From the IMG/VR virus record IMGVR_UViG_3300036861_001161, positions 1,499 through 65,498 of that record: a stretch of DNA of 64,000 nucleotides; one strand, given 5' to 3'. Shown here piece after piece: positions 9,601 through 18,387 of this stretch. The stretch's first letter is position 1; every line of letters begins with the position of its first letter. A program made the translations under genes and the position numbers. The notes beneath the pieces are model-generated. The model saw only the letters and a program-made list of their open reading frames with translations. It did no database searches and was not told the DNA's origin. The stretch comes from a virus (Duplodnaviria; Caudoviricetes).

Positions 9601-9657
9601 GGAGACGGCGTGGCTCAGGCTGGGGAGGAGGAGCCAGAGGAGCAACAGGAGCATCAT
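6643..9657 (-). CDS. Secreted multidomain glycan-binding/depolymerase-like protein: parallel beta-helix, Ig-like, F5/8 (CBM32) and C-terminal domains
   Basis: Signal peptide ending SHA-V. PGDTLTL.NGTY...PITIRA beta-helix start, AVDNNPATFWHT...PHEIQV.LG....TGMTYLPR discoidin motif, and two QLVF.VQP...GG.ATF.DL Ig-like units. Confidence 0.8.
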   Translation of the reverse strand: MMLLLLLWLLLPSLSHAVSLTIGPGDNMTASINQLIPGDTLTLTNGTYAPILIDCNGAPNNGTSTQPITIRAQNERQAHLQSDGSQGALVIYGCSYWVFQGLYATSADYAGGGSSWQSVVEVTGGSHLTFRRLLLAYTNRNQNVHLLSLTDVDYSLLEENEGYFAHRHGIMLFSGSPGYSPTGNTLRRNYFHSRDYPGDSADPFRGDTGFSCYPCNTTIVENNIFEDWNTGMDLQAKTSAIGNQYYGNITLNNPKGVVFNVRIDYGNSLDSMPQNTQLTNHLSIGDYEIGGYFRGNKNTHCDNCTFIDGTGTGFAADVESGYTGDGAATIYGKNILIMNKTIGFEISGQSDWSFDHIIIFGNGTPASPALTDSHYTNILTSDPNLGTCKVFIPTGSPAKGAGQNGADIGANILYRYQDGVLTSQPLWDPTTSQFPCGAIVAGVNDSAGDSCFDVRVRLNVNANGCTLPSAGPTPSQLVFSVQPQTTPVGQTLPAIQVQLQDSSGNLISSATNVVMIALTPATAIVPFGSTSVVFVDSQNTGYDGPRAVDNNPATFWHTDFSVSSPPPPHEIQVNLGADYALTGMTYLPRPSAGGDNGNIGQYEVYTSLNGSTWGTAAATGTWPNDFTEKTVTFSERQGHYLRLRALTAANAGPYTAAAELRALYTTGMGTGTLAGTVSRGAVGGIATFNDLSINAGGTYTLMATVSGLPSTTSTVFQQTVGPTHLRFTAQPQTVLVGQTLPPITVQFEDGANNLFATTQTITVALGANPGGSTLNGTLTQAAVGGIATFSDLALTAAASSYTLVASATGMTSDTSSLFGILGTPAVSSEWAARGTAPLRCATVGGDTNASTVGAGTDFIHNLACTLPANSLQNGAQLKTCVLAQMTTETPPQAFFFKLRAEGITLAAPANSATPEPGLTNRTSWLCWLTTIAGSPGASVPTYSASLTPLSGTMASGTKNNGMLQPVNVATNAATNWTLASTWVAAGSGQNLLTPLALTMEVLRP

Positions 9658-11921
9658 GGCAGCACCACCGCTTGCGATCCTGTGTTCATCAGCGTTGTAA
9701 GCTGTAACTTAGGATAGCCTGTTGAGATCGAGTTCAGGGACGAATTAACATTCACTTGAATATCTCCAGCGGTAGTTACCGTAAACGTGACAACAAGCGT
9801 CGCCGTCGCCAAGGAGGAATCTTTGATATTTCCTACCTGGGAACACCGGGCGGTCTCGGTCGCAATTACCGACGCTTTGTTGATGGCATGACAGACCACC
9901 CATCCTTCTTCGAGCTGGACATCGGTGCCATTAAATACATGTGCCCCATAGGCGAGCATGATACTCGCCCCGGTATTGCTCGCCACCGTCAAATTTGCCA
10001 CCGTTGTGGTCACGTTATTGGCCAGGGTCTTGTAGCCCCCAAGAATCATTTTATCGACATGCACATTATCACTCGTCCCAGTACTACCTGCGGTGGTCGT
10101 GCCCTGGAAGCGCAGTACGCCCCGCCCCGTCCCTGTGGAGAGCCCCGTCTGGAAGATGATCCCGCCCGCATCTTTATTCGTGGACCCACTTGTCGCTGAG
10201 CCGCCAGGGGCCGTCCAGGGCTGCCCGGCCGTATTGCTCGTGGTATTCCGTTCCATACCCACAGTGCGGGGCGCGGCACCTCCGAAGAGCACGCCACCGG
10301 TACTGACGGTCTGCAGCCGGAGATTCCCACTCCCCTTGGCATTCAGATCGACACCTACGTCAGCAGCGCTCCCGATCGCCGTCAGCACCGTCGGATTCCC
10401 GGTCGCCTGCCCCGTGACATCAAGTCCAGTATCGACACTCCCAGCGCTATAGTTGACACGAAAGGCCGGGTTGGTCACCCCATTAAAGCCTATGGTAAAC
10501 GCACTGCTGGTCACCCGGCCCCGCTCCAGATTATTGGTCCGTAGGAACACCGGGACATCGTTGAAGGCCCGCAGGTCGACCCCGTCGGCCCCGACGCTCA
10601 GGAGCGAGATATACCGGGAGCCTGCGCCATCGCCGCCCTGATAGCTCAAGGACCCTTTCGCCGTACTATTGTTATCGTACAGTGTATGACTGAGCGTCTG
10701 GTTGGTCGCACTGCCCGCTTGCCGGATTTCCGCACTTGGTCCCAGGAGATGCAGGAGCGTATTTGCGGTCACCCCGAGACCGAGACGGCCGTTGCTGTCC
10801 ACATTCCAGACCCCCGCCACTACCGGGGCGATGAGGGTCGGGGACGTCTGCTTGACGTAGTTTCCCGTACCAGTCGTGGCCACGCCTTGAAGCGTGGTCT
10901 GGCTGGCGAACTCTGCGGTCTGTCCGGCCACAGGTGTCCCGGTATTGGAGAGATTCCCCCCGCCTGCCGGCGTACACCAGGTCCCATTTCCGCACCATAC
11001 CGTGGAAGCACTGGCGTTCGTGCCGTTGTTGAGGCGGCTGATGGCCAGATTCCCCGTGACATCTGTGCCGAGATCCCAGAGGCTTCTTCGGATGGCCACA
11101 TGCCAGTTTGGGGTCGTGCGACTCGCGAGCGTAATTTCCAGTTCATCATTGAGCAGGGAGACTGCTCTGGTGGCATCTACGGTCGCATTCAGCCGCTCAC
11201 CAGTGGCCGGTTGCACGACGCATTGCCCCGTGCCCGCATCGACTTTGATCACGCGGTAGGTGCCAACCGTGCTTGCTGCGGCGCCGGGGAGCGTGAGCGA
11301 GACGGTGCTAGCCCCACTTGTACACGCTACCACGTTATGGGCGCCCAGCGTCGTATTACTGGCCAGCGCACTGACATTGGGATTGGCCGACAGAATCGCC
11401 GTGGCATTGATGGTCAGAGCCGTCGAGGGTGCCACCGTCGTTCCAGCTGCCAGGTAGGCCGCCAGGGCCGCGGTAGTACCACTACTCACAACCCCGCTCC
11501 CGCTGCCGCCTCCCGCGCTGCCGAGCGATTGGGCCTGCATGTTTGTGCCGTCATAGCAGGCTTCCAGCAATTGCCCGATGCCGAGGTCATTGGCGGCCAA
11601 GTCCGTTTGCACGCCGGCCATGGCTTTCTTGATAGCCTTCGCGCCGAGTCCATTCACGTTAAGCGTCGCCGCTCCGGTATTGGCGGAGGCCGCTTTGATC
11701 AGGAAGCAGGTGCCGGGGCGGTACGTCGTGATCGAGGGATTGAGGGTGCAGGTGAGGGTATTCGCCGTGCCCCCGGCGAGACAATAATTGAAAGCCCCGG
11801 CGATCGTGCGATTCCCGTTGATCAGCTGACCCTGGGCATGCACCGAGAGTGCCGTGAGGAGGAGGAGCATGAAACTCCAGCCACTACATCGTCTCCCTCG
11901 GCGCAGTTGACGTCTCGTCAT
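9654..11921 (-). CDS. Tail-fibre-like protein with Sec signal peptide (QLING family, paralogue 2)
   Basis: ...LLLLTALSVHA-QGQLINGNRTIAG, a fibre-type NTGAATLNVNGLGAKAIKK domain, and G/T/S/A-rich shaft. Confidence 0.75.
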   Translation of the reverse strand: MTRRQLRRGRRCSGWSFMLLLLTALSVHAQGQLINGNRTIAGAFNYCLAGGTANTLTCTLNPSITTYRPGTCFLIKAASANTGAATLNVNGLGAKAIKKAMAGVQTDLAANDLGIGQLLEACYDGTNMQAQSLGSAGGGSGSGVVSSGTTAALAAYLAAGTTVAPSTALTINATAILSANPNVSALASNTTLGAHNVVACTSGASTVSLTLPGAAASTVGTYRVIKVDAGTGQCVVQPATGERLNATVDATRAVSLLNDELEITLASRTTPNWHVAIRRSLWDLGTDVTGNLAISRLNNGTNASASTVWCGNGTWCTPAGGGNLSNTGTPVAGQTAEFASQTTLQGVATTGTGNYVKQTSPTLIAPVVAGVWNVDSNGRLGLGVTANTLLHLLGPSAEIRQAGSATNQTLSHTLYDNNSTAKGSLSYQGGDGAGSRYISLLSVGADGVDLRAFNDVPVFLRTNNLERGRVTSSAFTIGFNGVTNPAFRVNYSAGSVDTGLDVTGQATGNPTVLTAIGSAADVGVDLNAKGSGNLRLQTVSTGGVLFGGAAPRTVGMERNTTSNTAGQPWTAPGGSATSGSTNKDAGGIIFQTGLSTGTGRGVLRFQGTTTAGSTGTSDNVHVDKMILGGYKTLANNVTTTVANLTVASNTGASIMLAYGAHVFNGTDVQLEEGWVVCHAINKASVIATETARCSQVGNIKDSSLATATLVVTFTVTTAGDIQVNVNSSLNSISTGYPKLQLTTLMNTGSQAVVLP

Positions 11922-12451
11922 GGCCTTACGAGCCTCCGCAGGGCAAAGAGACACCGGGCCACCTTTTTCTGGACTGTCGTCAATTCATCATTGATCCCAT
12001 GCAGGGCAGCTTTAAAGGTCGTCAGATTGAGCGTCCCGATCCCATCAATTTGCGTTGCCAGCGCATCGTGGCGTGTGTCCAGCGCTGTCCCAACGGCCGC
12101 CAAATTGGCCACACTGCATACCTCGCTCGCCGCTAATTCATCCAGATAGGCCTGCACAGCGGCAGCCGCAGCAGCGAGCGCCGCATCGACCGCGTCTTTT
12201 TCTCCCTGCGTCATTTCCGTTGCCAATCCCGCCACGACTTTGAGGTAGCGACGTGCCACCGTCTGGAGGAGGGTCCGCTGAGCCGGCGTGTCGCCTTCGG
12301 GAATGACACTACACGTGCCATCCGTCACGGTGGTCGGGTCAACGGAGGGAAGATACCGCGTCAAGCGGGTCGTATTTCCACAGACGACGTCATGACCCCA
12401 CGCAACCACAGGAAGCAGGACCAGGAGGAAAAGGACAAGCCCCAGACGCAT
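11918..12451 (-). CDS. Secreted helical protein
   Basis: Signal peptide MRLGLVLFLLVLLPVVAWG. EMTQGEKDAVDAA segment resembles fibre-associated proteins. Confidence 0.6.
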   Translation of the reverse strand: MRLGLVLFLLVLLPVVAWGHDVVCGNTTRLTRYLPSVDPTTVTDGTCSVIPEGDTPAQRTLLQTVARRYLKVVAGLATEMTQGEKDAVDAALAAAAAAVQAYLDELAASEVCSVANLAAVGTALDTRHDALATQIDGIGTLNLTTFKAALHGINDELTTVQKKVARCLFALRRLVRP

Positions 12452-12453
12452 CG

Positions 12454-13215
12454 CTAATTCGCTCCCCAGGGAGAGGACAGGAGCTCACTGGCACGACAGG
12501 TGACCCCTGTGGTATTCGCTTCAGCCGCCATAAGCATCGTGTTTCCGGTCAGGGTCCCTGAGCGCTGCAGAAAGGCATACCCATCCGCCGAGGTCCCATC
12601 CGCACAGTCATCAAGCACCCAGTACATCGTGCCATTGTGGAGGTGGCCGTAGCGGAGCCGGCTCGACGCGAGCGCGAGAATGTCAGTGGCCGACAGCGCC
12701 GTGGGAAAGACACGGACATCCTCCAGCAGCCCATTAAAGGTCAGCCCACTGACGATATTGGTTTTACATAGGGTCATATCAAACGCGATATTACTCGTAT
12801 CACCACTCGCCGTACTCCCTGCAGACACACCGTTGACATAGAGTTCCAGTATGCCAGCCCCATGAACCAGGGCGAGATGGGTCCAGGTATCAACCGTATA
12901 CGTCCCGCCCACCTCAGCAGACGCCCCATCATTATTGACCGCCCAAAAGAGGTCCTGCCCGGCCACCGTGGCTCGGAAGAGGCCCACATTCCCCTCGTAC
13001 TCCCCGGCGAGGCCTTGTCCCAGAGACGCGCTGCCTACCGAGGGGGAGGAACCGGTGGGTTTCGCCCACAGGGTGATCGTGGCCGCCGACGCCGTCAGCG
13101 CATCACTGGTCGGCCCATCAAAACCATCGTCATCCACGCCGTCGCAGAGAATCGCCGCGTGAATCGACGTGGCGAGGAGCAAGAGACTGAGGAACACACC
13201 ACAGGTTCTTTTCAT
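12454..13215 (-). CDS. Secreted LamG/concanavalin-A-like lectin domain protein
   Basis: Signal peptide, then TITLWAKP...WTHLALV....LELYVNG...FNGLLEDVRVF..ALS..DI. Confidence 0.85.
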   Translation of the reverse strand: MKRTCGVFLSLLLLATSIHAAILCDGVDDDGFDGPTSDALTASAATITLWAKPTGSSPSVGSASLGQGLAGEYEGNVGLFRATVAGQDLFWAVNNDGASAEVGGTYTVDTWTHLALVHGAGILELYVNGVSAGSTASGDTSNIAFDMTLCKTNIVSGLTFNGLLEDVRVFPTALSATDILALASSRLRYGHLHNGTMYWVLDDCADGTSADGYAFLQRSGTLTGNTMLMAAEANTTGVTCRASELLSSPWGAN

Positions 13216-13229
13216 AACATTTTATCCTG

Positions 13230-15560
13230 TTACTGCTTGGTAAACTCTAGCATAACTCCAACTATCTCAAGGTCCCCGGTGGACGTATCAGCACTATCCG
13301 CCGGTGCCCGGCAGAGCTTGATTTTGGTCAAATCTCCTGCTGACATCGAGTCATTATTCGTGAGCGGACACACAATCTGGCCCAGGAAACCTACGGTCCC
13401 TGGTACGGCGGCATCGTCACAATTATTCACCGTCGCGTAGGAATCGGTGTTGATATCCGCGCTATCGCCTGGGGTGACTGCCATGACGGAGATGTCCACC
13501 GATACGCCGCCAGACGACGCACTGAGCATCGAATAAAGGACGCGCACCTGTGGACTCGTGCCATAGTCGGGGGGCATGACGAATTGCCACCAGACACATT
13601 CCTGAGTCGTGTCATCAAAGAGAATCCGCGTATTGTTCTCGCTATTGTCGATGACGCCGGGGTTGGTCGTAGGGAGCTTGGCAGCCCCGACCGGGAGTTG
13701 CACATACGCCTTGGCGATGGTGGCGATGACGACTTCGTTGCTAAGGGTTGCATTGCTAGTCGTGGTGACATAGGTGGCGCTCAGTGGGGCTACGGCGAGC
13801 ATGGTTTGCGCGGTCGCAATACTCAGGGCTTCCGGCACGCCGGTGCCTGCCGTGTTGCGCCCGAGGAAGGTGGCGGTGGCCAGATTCGCCATCTTCGCCA
13901 GTGTGACCGTGGCCGCCGGAATCGTGGTCGCGAGACTACCGGCCGTGGTCGTCACATCACCCGTCAGCGCAGGGAAGTTCGCCGCGGGAAGGGCCGTGAG
14001 CCCTTGGATGGTCGTGGAACCCGTCCAGAGGGCCAGCTGGCCACTGGTCGGCGTGCCACTGTTACTGACGTTGCCCCCACCTGACGGCGTGGCCTGCGTA
14101 CCGTCAGAACGATAAAACGTTGTGGTGGAGCCCGTGCCTTTGGGCATAAATCCATGCGCAGAGGTGGAGGCATTATTCGTCGTAACGTCCGTGAGCGCCA
14201 AGGCCGCTTCCGCGAGCGTCCCACCTCCGGCGGCATTTGTATGCGTATGCCCCGCATTCACAAAGCTGGCAATTGCCGGCGTGGTAAGGTCTGGGGAGAC
14301 TTGCCGTACTAAGGCGCCGGTCCCCGTTGTACCGCCGAGCATCGTCAAAGCGGTTGTCGGAGTGAGGGCTTCCGGGTCGCCCGTCCCTCCCGTATTGCGT
14401 CCTAAGAACGTCGGGCTCGTGAGATCGGCCATCTTGGCCAGAGTCACGGCATTATTGGCAATCGTCGCGGCAAGACTACCGGCAGAGGTGGTAACATCTC
14501 CGATGATCGCTGGGAAATTCGTCGCTGGGAGGGTCGTGACGCCCTGAATCGTCGTCGCGCTTGTCCAGAGGGCCAGCTGACCACTCGTCGGGGTGGGAAC
14601 ATTCGAAACATTCCCTCCGCCAGTAGGTGTACACCAGGTCCCGTTGCCGCACCATACGGTGGAGGCTGACGCATTCGTGCCACTGTTGAGGCGACTCACC
14701 GGAAGATTGCCCGTGACATCCGTCCCCAGATCGACGAGCAGCCGCCGCCGCGCGGCATGCCAGTTCGGCGTTCCCGTATTGAGGAGGGTGATCTCAAGCT
14801 CATCATTGACGAGCACGGCCGCCAGCGTCCCATTGATCGTGCCGTTGAGCCGTTCCCCCGTCGCGGGCTGCGCCACGCATTGGCCGGCCCCGGTATCCAC
14901 TTTGACGACTCGGTAGAGACCAGCGGTCGTAGTGGCCGCTGGGGGTAACGTCAACGTTTTGTCTGTGGCCCCCGCCGTGCAGGGAATGACGTAATGTGCG
15001 CTGAGGCTCGTATTGCCGGACACGGGAGTAAATTGCGGCTTGATGGTGAGGACATCGGTCGCGTTGACGGTGAGGGCCGTGGTTGGACTCACGGTCGTCC
15101 CAGCACTGAGGTAGGCGGCAAGCGTAGCGGCTCCTCCACTCGCTACCGTGCCACTGCCACTTCCCGAGCCACCACCGAGGGACTGGGCCTGCATGTTGAC
15201 GCCGTCATAACACGCCTCCAGCAACTGGTCGATGCCCAGGTCATTGGCGGCAAGGTTCGTCTGGATGCCCAGGACCGCTTTCTTCAGGGTTGTGGCGCCG
15301 AGACCATTGACGTTCAGCGTGGCAGAGGCCGTATTAGTGGCGGTGACATGGACGAGGAAGCAGGTACCGGGCCGATATTGGGTAATGGCTGGATTCAATG
15401 TGCAGGTGAGAGCGTTCGCCGTACCCCCGGCGGTACAAAAATTAAACGCCCCGGCGATCGTCCGGTTCCCATTGATGAGTTGCCCTTGTCCATAGGCCAA
15501 CGATGAGGCAAGGAGCCACAGAAACAGCGTTGTGTGCCACGGGGAGAGCCGCGCCTGCAT
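13230..15560 (-). CDS. Tail-fibre-like protein with Sec signal peptide (QLING family, paralogue 1)
   Basis: ...LLASSLAYG-QGQLINGNRTIAG, an internal duplicated shaft unit (GGGNVSN..TPTSGQLALWT...VTLAKMA.L...TFLGRNT.GTG.PEAL), and a C-terminal beta domain. Confidence 0.8.
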   Translation of the reverse strand: MQARLSPWHTTLFLWLLASSLAYGQGQLINGNRTIAGAFNFCTAGGTANALTCTLNPAITQYRPGTCFLVHVTATNTASATLNVNGLGATTLKKAVLGIQTNLAANDLGIDQLLEACYDGVNMQAQSLGGGSGSGSGTVASGGAATLAAYLSAGTTVSPTTALTVNATDVLTIKPQFTPVSGNTSLSAHYVIPCTAGATDKTLTLPPAATTTAGLYRVVKVDTGAGQCVAQPATGERLNGTINGTLAAVLVNDELEITLLNTGTPNWHAARRRLLVDLGTDVTGNLPVSRLNSGTNASASTVWCGNGTWCTPTGGGNVSNVPTPTSGQLALWTSATTIQGVTTLPATNFPAIIGDVTTSAGSLAATIANNAVTLAKMADLTSPTFLGRNTGGTGDPEALTPTTALTMLGGTTGTGALVRQVSPDLTTPAIASFVNAGHTHTNAAGGGTLAEAALALTDVTTNNASTSAHGFMPKGTGSTTTFYRSDGTQATPSGGGNVSNSGTPTSGQLALWTGSTTIQGLTALPAANFPALTGDVTTTAGSLATTIPAATVTLAKMANLATATFLGRNTAGTGVPEALSIATAQTMLAVAPLSATYVTTTSNATLSNEVVIATIAKAYVQLPVGAAKLPTTNPGVIDNSENNTRILFDDTTQECVWWQFVMPPDYGTSPQVRVLYSMLSASSGGVSVDISVMAVTPGDSADINTDSYATVNNCDDAAVPGTVGFLGQIVCPLTNNDSMSAGDLTKIKLCRAPADSADTSTGDLEIVGVMLEFTKQ

Positions 15561-15697
15561 GAGAGAATCTCATCATGAGATCGTGGAGTGCGCCGGCTCA
15601 TCACCCTACTACAGCAGCGGGTGGGGGATACCAGAAGATTGTAGAAAGCATAACAGAGAATACCCTAACATACGAGAAGCAAGAGACACGCCTATGA

Positions 15698-17206
15698 TCA
15701 AGGGCTACGCACCTGCAAGGCCTGGACCTGGGCTTTGAGCGTGCCAACTTCCCCTGCTAGTTCTTTCACGGCGTTCACGAGTGCATAGATCATCGCATGG
15801 CCGTTATAATCTAAGATATCTATGTCAGTCTCCTCAGGTGTGAGCTTTCCTTTATGACTTCCGATCATATACGGCGCGACCGGCTGCACGTCCTGGGCAA
15901 TCACCCCGACATATTCCTGTCGGTCAACGGGTATCCCCCCTTTGCCGTTGTAGCAAAACCATTGGGGCTGGATCTGCAGAATGAGAGCCAGGCCATCCTG
16001 ATAGGGTCGCAGGACCTCCTTCAAACGCCCATCCGAAAGCGTTGCCCAGGTACTGGTGGCGAGCTTACGCGCGAGATCAGTGGACAGATCGAGCTGATGC
16101 GTCGAGGGGGTAACGCCGAGGCCCACGCGTCCAGTGTTCGTATCAATATCCACCCGTGTGACGGCCCCGGTGCGCTCCTGAATAAGGACGTGGTGCCCTG
16201 AGCCTGGCTGAAGATAGAGATTCCCCGTGCCACTCCGCACCCGTACCGCCGTGCTATCGACGACACCCCCGTCCTGGATCGTAAAGTCATTACCCGTGAT
16301 CGCTGGCGCAGTGCACAGCACCAAGGTTCCTAATTGCGCCTGCCCGAACGTGACCACGACATCAAAGGTCGTGGGATGAACCGTCAACGATTCAGGAGCG
16401 AGGGCCGCCGCCAGCGGCGAGGTATTGTCATAGACCTGGAAGAGCAAGGCTTTGGTGGCGAGGTTGTGCGTCGTGCCGGGAATGTTGACGGTGGTCGTGC
16501 CGGGCAGGGTATGCACATACTGCGGGCCGGGCGAGGCAAGGATGATGGTCCCTGTTTGCGGCTGGCCGAACGTCAATCGCACGTCAAAATTGCCGGAATC
16601 GACCGTCAGGGATTCCGGCTCGATTGCGGCGGCGGGCGTTGCAGCGTCATAGATTTGGAAGAGGAGATTCTTCGTCCCCAGCTGGTGGACGGCGCCTGGA
16701 ATGTCGAAGAGAATGACGCCGGTAAAGGTCGTGACATACAATGGCGGACTCGCATTGAGGACGACGATACCGCTCTGGGTCTGGCCAAAACTTGCCGCGA
16801 GGGTATAGGTAGCCTGATCAATCGTGACCAGTACCATTTCCGTCGAGAGCGCGGCGGCAGGAATCTGGGCATCGTAGACCTGAAACAGGACGGCAGGGGA
16901 ACCCAGATTGGATAAGGTGCCAGGGATACTTACGGCCGTGGTATTACTAAAGGAAATGACGCCTGCCGCCGTACTGCCGCCCGGGAGAAACTGTTGCAAG
17001 CGGGCCGCGACACTGCCATAGACGCCCTGGGGGTTCGCCCCTAACGCGGTCTCTATTTTGATAAGGGCATCAAGGATATCGTTCATCACTTCCATGTCAA
17101 TGCGCGAAGCGGAATCAGGTCCCGCGCCATCCGCATTGACAAACGTCTGGCGGGAATCGATGGCCAGTGAATAACTGGAATTATTGCCACTCCCGAGCTG
17201 CGACAC
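15698..17206 (-). CDS. Tail fibre/spike with C-terminal peptidase S74 intramolecular chaperone
   Basis: GTG start after AAGGAGG. W..LSDGRLKE....Y.DGL..I....P.WF.YNG...GVIAQDV..V.P...Y......LVNAVKEL is the S74 chaperone. Three THNLG-type repeats. Confidence 0.85.
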   Translation of the reverse strand: MSQLGSGNNSSYSLAIDSRQTFVNADGAGPDSASRIDMEVMNDILDALIKIETALGANPQGVYGSVAARLQQFLPGGSTAAGVISFSNTTAVSIPGTLSNLGSPAVLFQVYDAQIPAAALSTEMVLVTIDQATYTLAASFGQTQSGIVVLNASPPLYVTTFTGVILFDIPGAVHQLGTKNLLFQIYDAATPAAAIEPESLTVDSGNFDVRLTFGQPQTGTIILASPGPQYVHTLPGTTTVNIPGTTHNLATKALLFQVYDNTSPLAAALAPESLTVHPTTFDVVVTFGQAQLGTLVLCTAPAITGNDFTIQDGGVVDSTAVRVRSGTGNLYLQPGSGHHVLIQERTGAVTRVDIDTNTGRVGLGVTPSTHQLDLSTDLARKLATSTWATLSDGRLKEVLRPYQDGLALILQIQPQWFCYNGKGGIPVDRQEYVGVIAQDVQPVAPYMIGSHKGKLTPEETDIDILDYNGHAMIYALVNAVKELAGEVGTLKAQVQALQVRSP

Positions 17207-17207
17207 G

Positions 17208-17408
17208 TTAGCCTCCTTGCCCAGCGCCAGGCCGGGGGTGGGTCCTGAGATATTCGCGGATGGCGCGTCGCACATCCTGAGCATCCAGGCGCGGCAAGGT
17301 CAGGGCTTGCCGCAAAACGTTCAGTTGCTGAACGAGCAAGGTAAGCACCATCTGGGTCTCATAGGAGACGGTGGTATCAAGGGTGACGCGGTGATCCAGG
17401 CGTGGCAT
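17208..17408 (-). CDS. Small tail-fibre-associated protein
   Basis: GAAGGAG RBS, located between tail-tip and fibre genes. Confidence 0.5.
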   Translation of the reverse strand: MPRLDHRVTLDTTVSYETQMVLTLLVQQLNVLRQALTLPRLDAQDVRRAIREYLRTHPRPGAGQGG

Positions 17409-17409
17409 G

Positions 17410-18387
17410 TCAAGCGGCTCCTTCACTCATCAGAATTATTTCCTCTAGCATGACACTCAGATCACCAGAGCGGGGTGGGGAGCCACTGCTCTCCAGGATC
17501 ACGGCATCGAGTAACAAGCTTGCACTGCCTACGATGGAAAGCGTCCCCTGCGCGGTCAGGAGCGCCGGCGCACCCACGAGGGCGGCGGTGGCCTGGATGG
17601 GGAGAACTCCCATACTCTCCAGCGTCTGGGCCTGGAGGAGAGCGTTTAGATTCCCTTGTATCGCCATACTGCCGATGCTGCTGACCAGCACCGCAGCCGT
17701 CGTGAGACTGCTTGTGGCCTGGAGCGCCAGGGTGCCCGCACTCGTCAGATGGGCATCCTCCGTCGTCAGGGCGGTGGTCAGCATGGTCGTCAGCGTCGTG
17801 GTGGCGCTCATGCTCGCATCCACAAGGGTCGCCGTGAGACTCCCCTGGATACCGACCTGCCCCGTACTACTCATTTGGGCCGATGCGAGCGTGAGTGCAC
17901 CGGTTCCAAGCACGGCCACGCTTCCGGTCGAAGAGAGGATCGTCTCAGCAGCATCGACGGCCCAGATGATGACATCTGCGGCCACATAGCCCGGCATCGT
18001 CACCAAGCGGACCTGAAACCGTTGCGCCACCTCCGACGTCAGCAGCAGGGTCGGATCTCCTGTCGTCAAGACCGTGGGAGTGCCATTGACCAACAGCGTA
18101 CATTCAACGAACGGCGCAACGGTAATGGCGCATTCGGCCAGACCATCGGCAATAAAGGACGAAGGAACGGTGGTAATCGTGAGCAACGTTTTCGCCGTGA
18201 GGACCCCTGCAAGCACCTCATACGCCTGTTGCCGCTGGTTCTCGATATCCCATGGGGGCATGAGATAGCCATACATGGGGTCATCCTCGACGATCTGGGC
18301 CTCAATGAGGGCCTGATTATTCGATTCATAGAGCGAACGAATCTGCCCGGTACTGAGAAGGTATTGAAGCAACTGTGCCATGGTCAA
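17410..18387 (-). CDS. Tail-associated protein with ~21-aa C-terminal repeats
   Basis: ATGA-coupled to the central tail gene. Repeats of the type TG.V.I.G.L..TL..A.M.S. Confidence 0.65.
   Translation of the reverse strand: MTMAQLLQYLLSTGQIRSLYESNNQALIEAQIVEDDPMYGYLMPPWDIENQRQQAYEVLAGVLTAKTLLTITTVPSSFIADGLAECAITVAPFVECTLLVNGTPTVLTTGDPTLLLTSEVAQRFQVRLVTMPGYVAADVIIWAVDAAETILSSTGSVAVLGTGALTLASAQMSSTGQVGIQGSLTATLVDASMSATTTLTTMLTTALTTEDAHLTSAGTLALQATSSLTTAAVLVSSIGSMAIQGNLNALLQAQTLESMGVLPIQATAALVGAPALLTAQGTLSIVGSASLLLDAVILESSGSPPRSGDLSVMLEEIILMSEGAA

Noticed and set aside
10686-12149. Long plus-strand ORFs antisense to structural genes (e.g. 10686-12149, 22386-23543, 25297-26412, 38355-39257)
   Set aside because: These are shadow ORFs expected from GC-rich codon bias on the opposite strand, with no RBS or recognisable motifs.
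9654-15560. Diversity-generating retroelement acting on fibre genes
   Set aside because: There is no reverse transcriptase in the window. The similarity between fibre genes is N-terminal paralogy, not an adenine-specific TR/VR pair.
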